A stretch of DNA of 64,000 nucleotides from Eledone cirrhosa (GCA_964016885.1 CAXHJY010001088.1:27980-91979); one strand, 5' to 3'; shown: positions 1 to 17,181, numbered from the stretch's first letter. The notes: generated from the letters alone by a model not told the origin. Program-made: numbers and translations.

Positions 1-25
1 ATATCTGTATATATATATATATCTG

Positions 26-97
<72 letters not shown>

Positions 98-99
<2 letters not shown>

Positions 100-373
100 C
101 ATCCAGGCCGAAACAAATGAGATTGGTGTAGGTGTCACGACAAAAAAACACACAGTCCACGCTGTAATGTGGCCGTGTAGGCAACACGGTAAAAACCTCC
201 CAGACCCACACTGTAAATGTGGTTGGTGTTAGGAAGGGCATCCAACTGTAGAAAACCTGCCAGACAGTCCTATGCGAACAAGACAATCACTCTTGCCTCA
301 AGTGGGAATACCCCCGTCCAAACCCATGCAAGCGTGGAACACGGACGTTAAACGTTGATGATGATGATGATGA
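98..373 (+). mobile_element. RTE-clade LINE 3' UTR fragment ending in (GAT)n
   Basis: Matches the 3' UTR of the RTE copies at 12222-12620 (rc) and 27170-27569; ends GGACGTTAAACGTT(GAT)n; embedded in (TA)n. Confidence 0.85.
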
Positions 374-451
374 TATATATATATATCTGTATATATATAT
401 ATATATCTGTATATATATATATCTATATATATCTGTATATATATATATATA

Positions 452-486
<35 letters not shown>

Positions 487-755
487 GTATATATATATTA
501 GTTTAGCGAGGTTTTTTATATGAAATCGTGTGTCGAAACAGATATTGTTATATTTGGGGAGGGTCATATTTGCGTAATATTGCCAGAATTAATAACAGAA
601 CACACTCACTGTTTGGTTGGTTTTCGCTTCTCGCTGTCTTTTATATCTGCGATCTAACTTACTCGGTCCTCAATGTTGCCATTGACTGACCGGCGGTCAA
701 AAATAATACAGATACAATATAGACACAAACACATATATATAGTTTACATAATTTA

Positions 756-794
756 CATAAATCTTTCGTTGCACATCTGCAACATCGTCAGTGG
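756..794 (-). ncRNA. Hammerhead ribozyme, minimal type I variant with extra core nucleotide
   Basis: CA-CUGACGA-U-GUUGCA(GAUG)UGCAAC-GAAA-GAUU-UA-UG on the minus strand. Confidence 0.65.
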
Positions 795-1076
795 TGTTAT
801 ATTCATTGTTCCTCCTGTTGTGTTGTATGTTTACGCCATTTTTTATTCAGTCTGTCTATATATTTATTTATTTATTTATTTGCTTGTTTGTTTATCTTAT
901 TTTATTTTGTCTTCTTTGCGCATGCGTTTGCGTGTGTGTATAGTGTTATGTGCGCTGTGTGACTAGTGTGTATAGTGTTGTGTCTGCTGGGTGACTAGTG
1001 TGTGTTTATGTGCTTGTTGTTATTGTGCTTTTGTATGTATTTATTTATCTTATTTTATTTAATTTTATTTACTTAT

Positions 1077-2008
1077 TTATACTTCTCTTAGGTCAGTGTT
1101 GTTTGTTTGGGTGTTGTTGTTGTTCCACTCATTCTTTCTGTTTAGCTTTGGTCTTCTAATTTCTATTTCACTGGCCTCTCAGATTTGCCTATCTGCTGGG
1201 TCATTCCTATGTTTAGATATTATTCTAATTTCTAAGTTGTCTATGTTACCGTCATGTTGTTGTCTAGCATGTTCGTATAGTACTGACCTGTTTTTTCGTC
1301 CTTTTAGTTCCCCCAGTGTTGGTCTATCCTTTCAGCTATGCTACGAGCTGTCTCACCTATGTATGTTGTTGTCATTTTTCTGCAAGTACCCTCTGTACAT
1401 CTTATGCTATAGACTACGTTTCTAGTTTTACAGTTTATCCGGGGGTTCACCTTACATATGATACATTTCCTATTGGTACAGTGGGTTTTCTTAAAAGGAT
1501 AGGTTTGGCTGATCAGGGATTTTATGGTGGTTCCAGGCTTTTCTACCACCTTTATTTTTAAGTGGGTCTTTCTCAGGGCCTTTCTACACTGGTTAGCTAA
1601 TTTCCCTCCAGGGGTGGCGTCCACAAACATGACACTCTGATATCTATGGTTGTCGTACCATGATGTGGCCTTCCCTATCTTATGTCTAGCCCTATCTAAG
1701 CTATTCCATGATTTGCTCCTGTATAGTGGGCAAATTCCTTTCATGTCCAGTTCTATGAGGGTCTTATACTTTTCCATGGCTCCTTCGTATTCTCTGACTC
1801 TGTCTCTTTGGTTGTAGCCAGAGAACTGCATGCGGTTGATGAAGTGTTGGATGTGTCCTTCCATTTCTGTTGGGTCGCACATGCTGGACACATTCTTCAT
1901 CACTCGTACCAAATCTGCGATCAAAATATTAAACTTAGCACTACTGGACATTGCTGAGTTTTTGAGTATCAGGTATTTGGAGGCCATGGGTTTAGCATAG
2001 TGTGAGTG
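1077..2008 (-). pseudogene. PLE RT thumb + GIY-YIG endonuclease, frameshifted
   Basis: HYAKPMASK...CTNRKCIIC...[13 protein letters not shown]...[16 protein letters not shown]; a frameshift in the G5 run (1310-1314) resumes [19 protein letters not shown]...RQI*EASEI...PKLNRKNEWN, with TGA at 1179-1181. Confidence 0.85.
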
Positions 2009-2756
<748 letters not shown>

Positions 2757-4040
2757 CTAGACAGCTCACATGTGGACGTGATATATCTTGACTTTGCGAA
2801 GGCCTTTGACAAGGTCGACCACGGAATGATATGTCACAAACTACACGGACTCGGCATAACTGGAAAAGTAGGTGAGTGGCTGCATGGCTTCCTAAGGGAC
2901 AGAAACCAGGCAGTCGCAGCAAATGGGGCCCTCTCGAGGGAAACACCGATAACAAGTGGGGTGCCCCAGGGGACAGTCCTGGGACCACTACTGTTTTTGG
3001 TGGCTCTCTCGGACATGCCCTCTGTGGTGCATGCAACAACATCCCTCACTAGCTATGCTGATGACACTAAGGTAGCACAGGCAATCAAAAACCCGGCTGA
3101 CGCTGCCCTTTTACAGCAGGATCTGGATGCCATATACAGATGGGCGGAAGAAAACAACATGCAGTTTAATGCTGGCAAATTCCAAGCCCTACAATACAAA
3201 CCTGCAAACACAAATATAGTGGAACACAGCTACACAGGACCAGGAGGGACCGATATCCCCGTGTCAAAATCGATACGAGACCTGGGCATAGACATGAGCG
3301 ATGATGCATCTTTTTCTTCACACATCATGAAGGTGGCGACAACATGTAGACGATTCGCTGGCTGGATCTTGAGGACTTTCCTTACAAGAGATCGAGACAC
3401 CATGTTGACACTGTGGAGGACTTTTGTCCTAAGCCGCCTGGACTACTGCTCCCAGCTGTGGTCACCCCATAGTGTCAAACTAACCACGGAGCTTGAGGCA
3501 ATCCAGCGAAGCTACACCATGAGGATTGCCAAGATGAGGGAGACAAGCTACTGGGAGAGGCTAAAGGAACTGAACCTCTACTCCTTGGAGCGAAGACGGG
3601 AGAGATACGCAGTGATCTACATGTGGAAAATCCTGGAGGGACTAGCACCAAACTTTGGCATTGGGAGCTGGACCAACCGTCGAACAGGACGTCACTGTGT
3701 GGTGCCAAAGGTCCCGTCTTCCACATCTAGAATAAGGAGCAGGTATTGCAATAGCCTGGGATTCAAGGGCCCTCAACTCTTCAACAGGCTGCCGAGGCAT
3801 CTGAGAGACTTGCATGACGTGGAGGTGGATGTCTTTAAGAAACATCTCGACACCTTGTTATCCAGGATCCCGGATGAGCCCACAGCAAGACATGAGGGAA
3901 ACCTAAGGGCAGCAGCAACAAACTCCCTCCTACACCAGTGGCCAACCTATACAGGCTGGAGATAAAATGTGTAGCAACAAGGGCGGTGCCCCAGCATGGC
4001 CTCAGCCGGATGGCTGAAACAGGTAAAAGAGTAAAAGAGT
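2757..4040 (+). mobile_element. 5'-truncated CR1-type LINE (RT C-terminal half, ORF 2772-3965)
   Basis: [55 protein letters not shown] motifs; short 3' UTR ending (GTAAAAGA)2. Confidence 0.92.
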
Positions 4041-4071
4041 GTATCTATATATATCTGTATATATATATATA

Positions 4072-4110
<39 letters not shown>

Positions 4111-4157
4111 GTATATATATATATATATCTGTATATATACATATATATATATATATA

Positions 4158-4194
<37 letters not shown>

Positions 4195-4235
4195 GTATAT
4201 ATATATATATATATCTGTATATATATATATATATA

Positions 4236-4302
<67 letters not shown>

Positions 4303-4319
4303 GTATATATATATATATA

Positions 4320-4420
<101 letters not shown>

Positions 4421-4544
4421 GTATATATATATATATATATATATCTGTATATATATATATATATATCTGTATATATATATATCTGTATATATATATATCT
4501 GTATATATATATATCTGTATATATATGTATATATATATATCTGT

Positions 4545-5791
4545 ATCATCATCATCATCATCACCGTTTTACGTCCGTTCTTCCACGCTAGCATAGGTTA
4601 GATGGGTTGTCCTGTTGTGGGCAGTGTCTGGTCGGCTGACCATGCCTTGCTCATACAGGAACTGATCTGGCTTGATTTCTACAGCTGGATGCCCTTCCTA
4701 ACACCAACCTCATTTACAGTGAGTGCTGGGTGCTTTTTCGTGGCGCCTACACGTCCACTTTACAGTGTGGGCTGGGTGCTTTTTTGCCGTGGCACCTCCA
4801 CGGCCACCTTGCGGTGGGGGGGGGGGGGGGGCATATTGTTTATATGCTTCAGCATGTACCCATGGGAGGTCGGGTACCCTGTATTACTGCGTGACGCCAG
4901 AAGTCACGGTCGTGTGTCATTGACTTTGAGAGGTGTAGTTGGGTAAGGTCGGCTTTTATCACCTCATCCCAAGTCATCTTGGGTCTCCCCACTCCGCGGT
5001 TTCCATCAACTTCTAGTGCTCTGCACCTTTTTATGCAGCTGTCATCCTTCATACGCATCACATGTCCATACCAGCGTAACCGCCTCTCCTGCACGCAGCA
5101 TTTGATTCCTCTTATGCTCAGTCTCTCTCTCAATTCATTTATGCTTTGTCGTTCACGTATATTACTGTTACACATCCATCGGAGCATGCAGGCTTCGTTT
5201 CTCTCTAATCTACGTAAGTCTTCCACCTTCAGCGCCCAGGTCTCACTACCATGCAACATCGCTGTTCGGATACACGCATCATACACTCTGCCTTTCATTC
5301 TGAGGGAGAAGCCTTTTGCAGCTAGCAGTGGTAGTAGTTCCCTAAACTTCTTCCATCCCGTTCTTACCCTAGTTATTGTACTTTCTGAGCACCCACCTCC
5401 GTTGCTAATTCGGTCACCTAGGTAGCAGAAGCTGTCTACTGTTTCTACAGGGCCCTCCCAGAGATTGGTGGTACTTGTTTCCTGTGGCTGTTTGCTTGCT
5501 GTTTCAGCACAGCTGCTGCATGTGAATCCTACATTCTTAATTAAGCTTCCTGAGATCCCGCTACATCTCTTGTGTACCCATTGTTTGCATTTGGGGCAGA
5601 GAATGGAGTTCCTACCTACACCTTTCCTACATACTGAGCAAGGCCATTTCCCTGAGGGGATCTGGGTTCTGTTTTCTCGTCTACTTACAAGGACCTTAGT
5701 CTTTGTCATGTTGACTTTGAGGCCCTTTCTCTCTAGTCCCTGCTTCCAGGTTTGGAATTTATTCTCTAGTTCTACCATAGATTCAGCTAAT
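4545..5791 (-). mobile_element. 5'-truncated RTE LINE (subfamily B) with PHD-like insert
   Basis: AESMVELE...GKWPCSVC...FCYLGD...[12 protein letters not shown]...GRPKMTW; 3' UTR and (GAT)n tail; ORF 4849..6279 is a chimera of this copy with microsatellite and the next copy. Confidence 0.92.
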
Positions 5792-5870
5792 ATATATCTG
5801 TATATATATGTATATATATATATCTGTATATATATATATATATATCTGTATATATATGTATATATATATA

Positions 5871-5905
<35 letters not shown>

Positions 5906-5950
5906 GTATGTATATATATCTGTATATATATATATCTGTATATATATATA

Positions 5951-5986
<36 letters not shown>

Positions 5987-5988
<2 letters not shown>

Positions 5989-6351
5989 GTGACTTCTGGC
6001 GTCACGCAGTAATACAGGGTACCCGACCTCCCATGGGTACATGCTGAAGCATATAAACAATATGCCCCCACTCCCCCCCCACCGCAAGGTGGTCTTGGAG
6101 GCGCCACGGCAAAAAAGCACCCAGCCCACACTGTAAAGTGGACGTGTAGGCGCCACGAAAAAGCACCCAGCACTCACTGTAAATGAGGTTGGTGTAAGGA
6201 AGGGCATCCAGCTGTAGAAATCAAGCCAGATCAGTTCCTGTATGAGCAAGGCATGGTCAGCCGACCAGACACTGCCCACAACAGGACAACCCGTCTAACC
6301 CATGCTAGCGTGGAAGAACGGACGTAAAACGGTGATGATGATGATGATGAT
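5987..6351 (+). mobile_element. RTE subfamily B 3' end, inverted relative to 4545-4909
   Basis: Near-exact reverse complement of 4545-4909; (GAT)n tail. Confidence 0.9.
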
Positions 6352-6474
6352 ATATATATATATATATGGCCGTGTAGGCAACACGGTAAAAACCTCCCAG
6401 ACCCACACTGTAAATGTGGTTAGTGTTATATATATACAATATATATATATATATACAATATATATATATATTTG

Positions 6475-6509
<35 letters not shown>

Positions 6510-6609
6510 GTATATATATATGTATATATATATACATGTATATATATATATATATATGTACATATATATATATGTACATATATATACATACATATATATA
6601 TATATATAT

Positions 6610-6682
<73 letters not shown>

Positions 6683-6697
6683 TATATATATATATAT

Positions 6698-6740
<43 letters not shown>

Positions 6741-6763
6741 TATACATATATATATATATACAA

Positions 6764-6794
<31 letters not shown>

Positions 6795-6819
6795 TATATA
6801 CATATATATATATATACAA

Positions 6820-6870
<51 letters not shown>

Positions 6871-6891
6871 CAAATATATATATATATACAA

Positions 6892-6924
<33 letters not shown>

Positions 6925-6925
6925 C

Positions 6926-6976
<51 letters not shown>

Positions 6977-6980
6977 TATC

Positions 6981-8219
6981 TGGGAAATGGTCATGCTTGT
7001 CGGTTTATTTTTAATCAATTCGCTACATAGGAAAATACCCGGTACTACCGGAGGTTTATATAGAGACGACATGCTTTTACTTATTGATAATAATAACTCT
7101 GAACTAAATAGAAAATGTAAACAAATTACACAATTTTTTAATTATTTTAATCTTAAAATAGAAATTGAAAACAACCATAGAATAGTCAATTTCCTAGATA
7201 TAACATTAAATCTCAACACATGTCTTCACTATCCTTTTCACAAGTTGAATGAAAACTTAAACTATGTAAACTTTAACTCTAACCACCCCAGATCTGTCAA
7301 AAACACTATAGTAAACTCTGTCCAAAAACGTATCTCTAGGATCTCGTCGAATAGAAAGATTTTCGACGAAAAAGCCCAATACTACAATGAAGCATTAGCT
7401 AGAGCAGGATATGCTGATAAGATTGTGTACATAGATAATGATAGACAAACTAAACAAAGTAACAACTTTTTTAATTACGGCAACATCCTTAACAACTATA
7501 ATAGAAAGCATTACAATAATTCCAAAGGCCAAAAAAGAAATAGAACTAGGAACATAATTTGGTTTGCCCCCCCTTTCTCACTAAACATTAAAACCCACAT
7601 CGCTAAACTATTTTTTAAAGCTCTTGATAATCGCTTCCCTAGAACACATAGATATCACTCAATTTTCAATAGACATACAATTAAATTAACCTACTCATCC
7701 ACCAAAAATTTAGCACAAAATATCAATAGAATAAATAATAGGAACTTAAAACCTAGTGATAACAGCATAAATAATATACAAGTTAACAAATGTAACTGTA
7801 GAGATAGATCTAAATGTCCGTTAAATAACAACTGCTTAGTTAAAAATATAGTATACAATTGTAATGTTAATACTGACTCTAATTCTTTTAACTACGTCGG
7901 TTCCACATCGACGGAATTTAAACTTCGCTATAATAACCACAAGAATTCTTTCACAGATCCAAGTAAAAAATCTTCAACGGCACTATCAGGCGTACTATGG
8001 CAACTTAAGCTAGATAACGTTAGATATTCGACGGCTTGGAATATAGTCTCAAGAGGGATTCCTTTTAATTCATCCTCTGAGACATGTGACCTCTGCGCAG
8101 AGGAGATATTCTTTATACTAAAATCTAAAAATTCCCTTAATCTACGGACAAATTTATTCAGTTGTTGCAAACATAGATTAAACTCAACGTTTAAATATAA
8201 ATTTAAATTTAAAATGTAG
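6981..8219 (+). pseudogene. PLE RT (from YRDD motif) + C-terminal GIY-YIG endonuclease; open frame but 5'-truncated
   Basis: [37 protein letters not shown]...[24 protein letters not shown]; the upstream part of ORF 6414..8219 is microsatellite. Confidence 0.88.
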
Positions 8220-9614
8220 TATATTTAGTTTGATTTATAATTATATGGGAAACTAGCCGATAAATCTTTGATTCTCTTTTTATTCTTTTTATTTTTATTT
8301 TATTTATTTAAACATTCTTCATGAAAAATTAAGCTATCCTAAAAGTTGATGCTCCAAATATTTCGAATAAACGTTACACTAGATAAACTTCTATATTAAA
8401 TATAAGAACACATGTAGACCAAATTGGGCATCCTATACTTTTTAAAATGATCTTTACTAGATGCGATTTGATAGATAATTTTTGGCTTTATCTGTTTTTC
8501 GACTCTGATGTTTATAATGAACTTGGCAATATATTGTCAATTAATTTTGAAGGGTTGATCTTTGTGGTTTATTTTATTTTTATTATTGTAGTATTTCCTA
8601 ATTTTTATTATTATTATATTATTATTGTAGTATTTCCTAATTTTTATTTTTAATATTCTTAATATGTAAATTTTTTAATATGTAATATTTTTAATATGTA
8701 ATATTCTTTCGTAATATTTCTTAGTTTTCTATTTTATTTTTACTTATTATTATTATTGTTATTTTTAGTTTTGTTTCCGATATATTTTTATTTTTATTTT
8801 TATTAGTATATTGAAATCTGCTCTATCTTTGCTTGATAGACTGAAATAGTAATATTGACTCTATATACACATATATGTATACTTAAATTTTTATACCACA
8901 TTGAGAATACTTTCCGTGAACTTAAGGTTTGCAGAATTGATCATGTACATTCACATAGATGTTTGTAATTATCACATAAACATATGAATTTTTTTAAAAA
9001 ACTAAACATAAGATCATTAATTTTCACACATTGTGGATACATATCTCATTCAGGAATACTGATATTTACAATGTAGAGGCTGGTTTTGTAAATACTAATA
9101 CCTCTATATTAAAACAGAGGTTTTTTACGCCTCGCCTGTGTCTGGATATTTTTGAATTTTTTTCTCTCTCTTTTTTCTCTCTCTATATTTTTTTCTCTCC
9201 CTATATAACAGCTGGTTTTCCCTCCATATATCTCCCTTACATTAATACTAGAGCTAAATAAATAAATAAATAAATAAATGTATCATTGATACGTTATTCA
9301 ACAGTCGTCCCACTACCTAGCTTTCTATATATATCTATCTATCTCTATTTCCTCTCTCTATATATATATATATCTCTTTCTGTTTCTTTACATGAAGTTC
9401 TTCTCTTTATCTATCTTTCCATCTCTCTATTTTGTTCCATGCATTTCTTCTTTTTCTTTTTCTTCGTTTTCTGTCTTTCTTTCCTTTTTTCTCTCTTTTT
9501 CTCTCTTTTTCTTTCTCTTTGTGTACAATTTTGTCACTACCAAATCAACCTTCTCAAATGCAAGTAGATGTTACGGTATGTCGAATCTATTTATCTATAA
9601 AACTGTTTATATTG

Positions 9615-9680
9615 TATTTTGTCTGAGGAAGGCATAGCATATTGTTAATATGATATCCCTGAAATATATATAATGAAATA
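9615..9680 (+). ncRNA. Hammerhead ribozyme (minimal type I, PLE-associated)
   Basis: UAUUUUGU-CUGAGGA-AGGCAUAGCAUAUU(GUU)AAUAUGAUAUCCCU-GAAA-UAUAUA-UA-AUGAAAUA: stems I and II pair, palindromic loop III, AUA cleavage triplet. Confidence 0.8.
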
Positions 9681-9810
9681 AATATGGTTTTATAAATATA
9701 GTTTCCATTTATTTAATATTGTAAATATACTCCAAATATTTGTCGAGTGCTTTTATATCAGTTATAAATATTTACTAGTTGTAACCCAACAATTTAAATA
9801 TAACTTTCCA

Positions 9811-12221
<2,411 letters not shown>

Positions 12222-15200
12222 ATCATCATCATCATCATCATCAACGTTTAACGTCCGTGTTCCACGCTTGCATGGGTTTGGACGGGGGTAGTCCCACTTG
12301 AGGCAAGAGTGATTGTCTTGCTCGCATAGGACTGTCTGGCAGGTTTTCTACAGTTGGATGCCCTTCCTAACACCAACCACATTTACAGTGTGGGTCTGGG
12401 AGGTTTTTACCGTGTTGCCTACACGGCCACATTACAGCGTGGACTGTGTGTTTTTTTTGTCGTGACACCTACACGATCTCGTTTGTTTCGGCCTCGATGG
12501 CGCGGCACCAACATAACTTTACATAGAACGGGGTGGTGTGGATGGGGTGGGGGCGGGGGTGGTGGGACGGGGTGTATTTTGTTAGAGATGCCTACTGGCT
12601 GGAGTAGGTTTTACTATATATTTAGGTAAGGCGGGTCTTCTCTGTTACTGAGTACCGCCAAAGGTCTCGGTCCAGTGACATTGTCTTGGAGAGGTGTAAG
12701 TGTGTGATGTCGGAGTTTATCAGCTCGTCCCAGGTTTTTCTAGGTCTGCCTATTCCGTGACTACCGTCTATCTTTATTGCCCTGCACTTTTTTATACAGC
12801 TATCGACTTTCATGCGCATCACGTGTCCATACCAACGTAGCCTTCTCTCGAGTAAACAACATCTGATCCCTCTTATCTCTAATTTTTTCCTTAGTTCGTT
12901 TATGCTTTGCCGTTCACGTATATTACTGTTACACATCCAGCGGAGCATGCAAGCTTCGTTCCTCTCTAGTCTGCGTATATCCTCTGCACACAATGCCCAG
13001 GTCTCACTGCCATGCAGCATTGCTGTTCGTATGCAGGCATCGTACAACCTGCCTTTCATTTTTAGGGAGAACCCTTTAGCAGCTAATAGTGGTATAAGCT
13101 CTCTGAACTTTTTCCAACCAGTTCTGACTCTAGCTACAGTACTTTCAGAGCACCCTCCCCCACTGCTGATTTTATCGCCCAGGTAACGGAAGCTGTCCAC
13201 TATTTCTATAGAACCCTCTGCGCAATTGAAAGAGCTAGTAGTTTGTGGGCACTTGCTGCTACTTATTGCACCAGAGCACCGGCCACATGTAAAATCTATG
13301 TTCTTAGTTAGCTTACCTGTGATCCCACTACATCTTTTATGCACCCATACTTTGCATTTAGGACATAAAATGGAGTTTCTACCTACGCCTTTCCTACACA
13401 CCGAGCACGACCATTTCCCAGAAGGGACCACCGCCTTGTTTTCTTTCCTACAAACTAGTACTTTGGTCTTAGCCAGGTTAATTTTAAGTCCTTTTGACTC
13501 TAGGCCGTGCTTCCATGTTTGGAATTTCTTCTCTAGCTCGGCCATTGATTCCGCTATGAGTGTCAGGTCGTCTGCGTATAGGAGTTCCCATGGGCAGCCT
13601 GTCTTGAACTCCTCTGTTATAGCCTGAAGGGCAATAATAAATAGTAGTGGGCTGAGAACAGAGCCCTAATGGACGCCAACTTTTACGCTAAACTCTTCAC
13701 TATATTCGTTGTTAATTCTAACCTTGCTGACTGTTTCTTTATACATGGCTTGTATAGCCCTCACAAGCCATTCGTCAACGCCTAGTTTTCTAAGAGCCCA
13801 CCAGATAATGGAGCGGGGGACTCTGTCGAAGGCTTTCTCCAAGTCGACAAAAGCTAAGTAGAGGGGTTTACCTTTAGCTAGGTACTTCTCCTGTAGTTGT
13901 CGTACTATGAAAAGAGCGTCTGTGGTACTTTTGCCTGACACAAACCCGAACTGCATTTCATCTAGGTCAATTCTCTCTCTGATTAGTTGCGCTATTACTT
14001 TTTCCGTGACCTTCATGACCTGGTCGATTAATTTAATGCCTCTATAGTTACTCCTATCTAGGGCGTCTCCTTTACCCTTATAACAGTTAACGATGATGCT
14101 GCTATGCCAGTCCTTCGGAACAACCCCATTCTGTACGACTTGGTTAACTATGCGGGTGACCATGGTGTGTCCCACCGTGCCAGATGCCTTCAGCATCTCA
14201 GCAACTATTTCCGAAGGCCCAGCCGCCTTACCCGTCTTCATATCCTTGATTGCCTTACTTATTATACTCCCCTCGACTAACACTGCTGGTCCCTCTATTG
14301 GGTCGATATGGGGGAGACTGCCTTTCTCCCAATTATTCTCCTCATTTAGTAGCCTTTCATAGTGACACTTCCAAGCTACCTTCTTATCAGCGTCGGTGAT
14401 GGCAAGTGTGCCATCGTCGTTTAGTACACACTTCTCCCCGACAATATCACGGTTTTCCTTGACGCATTGCCTAGCAATCCTGAACACCTCACGTTTTTGG
14501 TCATCGCGTTGTAGAACATGCTTGAACTTTCTTTCCTCAGCTTCCCTTCTTGCTAAGTACACTTGTCTCCTAGCTTCCCTCCCGGCCACTTGATAGTCCT
14601 CTCTACTTCCCCCATCCCGCCATACTTTCCAAGCCTGCTTTTTGGCCTTAATTGACCCCTCCACCTTACTGTTCCACCACCATGTTACTCTCCTCCTGCC
14701 TACAGGCCTGCTCCAGCCACAGACTTCGTCTGTCGCCAACAGCAGGTTTGCTTTCAGAAATTCCCACTCTCCCTCTATATTGTCCGACTCTAAATGTTCT
14801 TCCTTACTGTCGAAAGCATCAAGTAATATGCTTTGAAATTTATTCCTGGCTGTGGGGTCCTTTAGCTTCCATATTTTCCTCCTGAGGATAGTCCTCTTCT
14901 GTTGTCGAGTACGTCTCGTCCTGACTATGAGGTCGCTAATTATCAGTCTATGTTGGGAGGTGCATTCTTCATGGGGGAGGGATTTAGTGTTAACAACAGA
15001 CACTCTGTCACGTCTTCTGGTAAGGATATAATCTACCTGGCTTGTGTGTTCCCCGGATCTATAGGTGATCAGGTGATTGTCACGTTTTTTGAAGTTAGTG
15101 TTACAGATAGTTAGGTTATTTGCATCACAGAATTCCAGGATTCTGGAGCCTTCCTCATTTCTAGTACCAAACCCATAGCCTCCATGGATTTCGTCGTAGC

Positions 15201-15765
15201 CGTCACAATGTTGTCCAACGTGACCATTTAGGTCGCCTGCGATAATTATATAGTCACTGTCGGATATTTGGGAGGTAGTTAGCATCAGTGTCTCATAGAA
15301 TCTGTCTTTTATAGTGCCGGGCAGTCCGGATTGGGGTGCGTACGCAGATATTACTGTCACCGTAGTTCTATTGAGGACAAGTCGTATTTTAATTATTCTG
15401 TCGTTCACTCTATTTACGTCTATTATCTTATCTGCCCACTTTTCTGCTACCATGATTCCTACTCCACCCAGCCCATCGTCGTTTCCCACCCAGAAAAGCT
15501 TATAACATCGTTTTTTACCCTCAATGAACCTAGCAGACCCACCCCTCCACCTGGTCTCTTGAATACAACAAACATCGACCTCCTTACGTTCAAGCATTTC
15601 TACAACCTCGTTAGCGCGACCCTTTAGGGTGCCTACATTTATGGTACCAACTCTGAAGTTTTGGATTGCGTTTGGGGGTTGGGGGCGGTGAGGGGCGGGG
15701 GGCGATGGGGTTATGTTAGCCGTCCGCGGTCGAAACAATGAGGAGTGCTCGCATTCTCGTCCAAA
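12222..15765 (-). mobile_element. Near full-length RTE LINE (subfamily A)
   Basis: APE endonuclease + RT + 3' UTR + (GAT)n tail; flanked by (TATG/TA)n. Confidence 0.95.
12622..15738 (-). pseudogene. RTE APE-RT polyprotein with a single premature stop
   Basis: ORFs 13666..15738 and 12622..13545 are in the same frame; GVH*GSVLSPLLF (TAG at 13666-13668, where the RT motif has Q); YADD follows. Confidence 0.92.
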
Positions 15766-15779
15766 TATATATATATGTG

Positions 15780-15820
<41 letters not shown>

Positions 15821-15875
15821 ATATATATATATATATGTATGTATATATGTATATATATATATATATATGTATGTA

Positions 15876-15920
<45 letters not shown>

Positions 15921-16674
15921 ATATGTATATATATATGTATGTATATATGTATGTATATATGTATGTATATATGTATATATATATGTATATATATATATAT
16001 GAGGGAGCTTATAGATAGGACAACACACGCTGTCTCTTCGTGGGGTAAGTTTTTAATTAATTTTTGTATTCTGAAACATCAAAATACAACAATTTGTTGG
16101 TTACTGGACTCGGGAATGTCACGACAGAAGTTTGTGGAAGTTACACAAATATTTTAGTATATTTTAGCAGAGCAATCCTTATTTATATTTTACATTTACT
16201 TACATCTCAATATAACATGGCTAGAATTCAAATTTTGCTAAGAGAAGAAAACGGTCAAATGAACTAGATACATCTCACTGTCCACACCACCACAATAACG
16301 TCTACACTCTTTCCCCACCATCACATGTCATTACCATACCATACCCTATCGAGACTAAAGTCATTGACCTGTTGTCAAACTCTCTACTCTCTGATGAATG
16401 TATATATATATATGTGTGTGTATGTATATGTGTGTATATACATCACTCAGTCAAACAACCAGATTTCAACCCCAACATCTACAACAACAACAACACCGGC
16501 CCTAATGTTTACAGCAACAACAGCTTCAGAATGAACTGAAATGAACATTTACAACAATTACAACAACAACAACAACAGCGGCATCAAAACATAAAAAAAG
16601 GAAGGGAAAAGAAAAAAGAAAAGGGAAGGGGAAAAAAAAAGGAAAAAAAAAAAAAAAAAAAAACTCAAAATAAC

Positions 16675-16707
<33 letters not shown>

Positions 16708-17141
16708 CAGAACAACAACATCAACTGCCACCACCACCGCCACCGCCACCGCCGTCGCCATCACCATCACCAGCGACCTGGCCTTAAGAACAACTTTAAT
16801 AATAATTTTTCTGCTTTTGGCACGGATCCAGCGACTGGCCAGCGCATCACTGGTACTCTCTTTTGTTGACTCCGTGGAGAGCCATAACTCTATGCTGTAA
16901 AGCAATTATAGTAATACTGGACTGTAATACGATCGGCTTCAACTATACAAACTCTTGAAAGTCAACAGTTGACATAATCTGGTAATCTTGTATCAGTAAT
17001 GACGGTAATATATATATATATATGTGTGCGTGTAAGTGAGTAGAGTAGCGTGTGTGTGTGTTTGTTGTGTGTGTGAGTGTTGCTGTGTGCACGCATATGT
17101 ATGCGTGTGTGTGTATGTCGTACGTATAAGTGTCAATAAGT

Positions 17142-17181
<40 letters not shown>

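Larger units (their letters stand above)
6979..9810 (+). mobile_element. 5'-truncated Penelope-like element (Hydra-like group) with long AT-rich 3' region
   Basis: Open RT + GIY-YIG frame, HHR near the 3' end; terminus (9720-9810) homologous to rc of 34921-35010; inserted in (TA)n. Confidence 0.85.

Noticed and set aside
1179-1181. TGA in PLE endonuclease as selenocysteine
   Set aside because: Not an evident Cys position; RQI*EA is simply explained by CGA>TGA decay in an already frameshifted copy
4849-6279. 476-aa ORF as a single gene
   Set aside because: Chimera of an antisense RTE 3' UTR, microsatellite and a truncated RTE ORF
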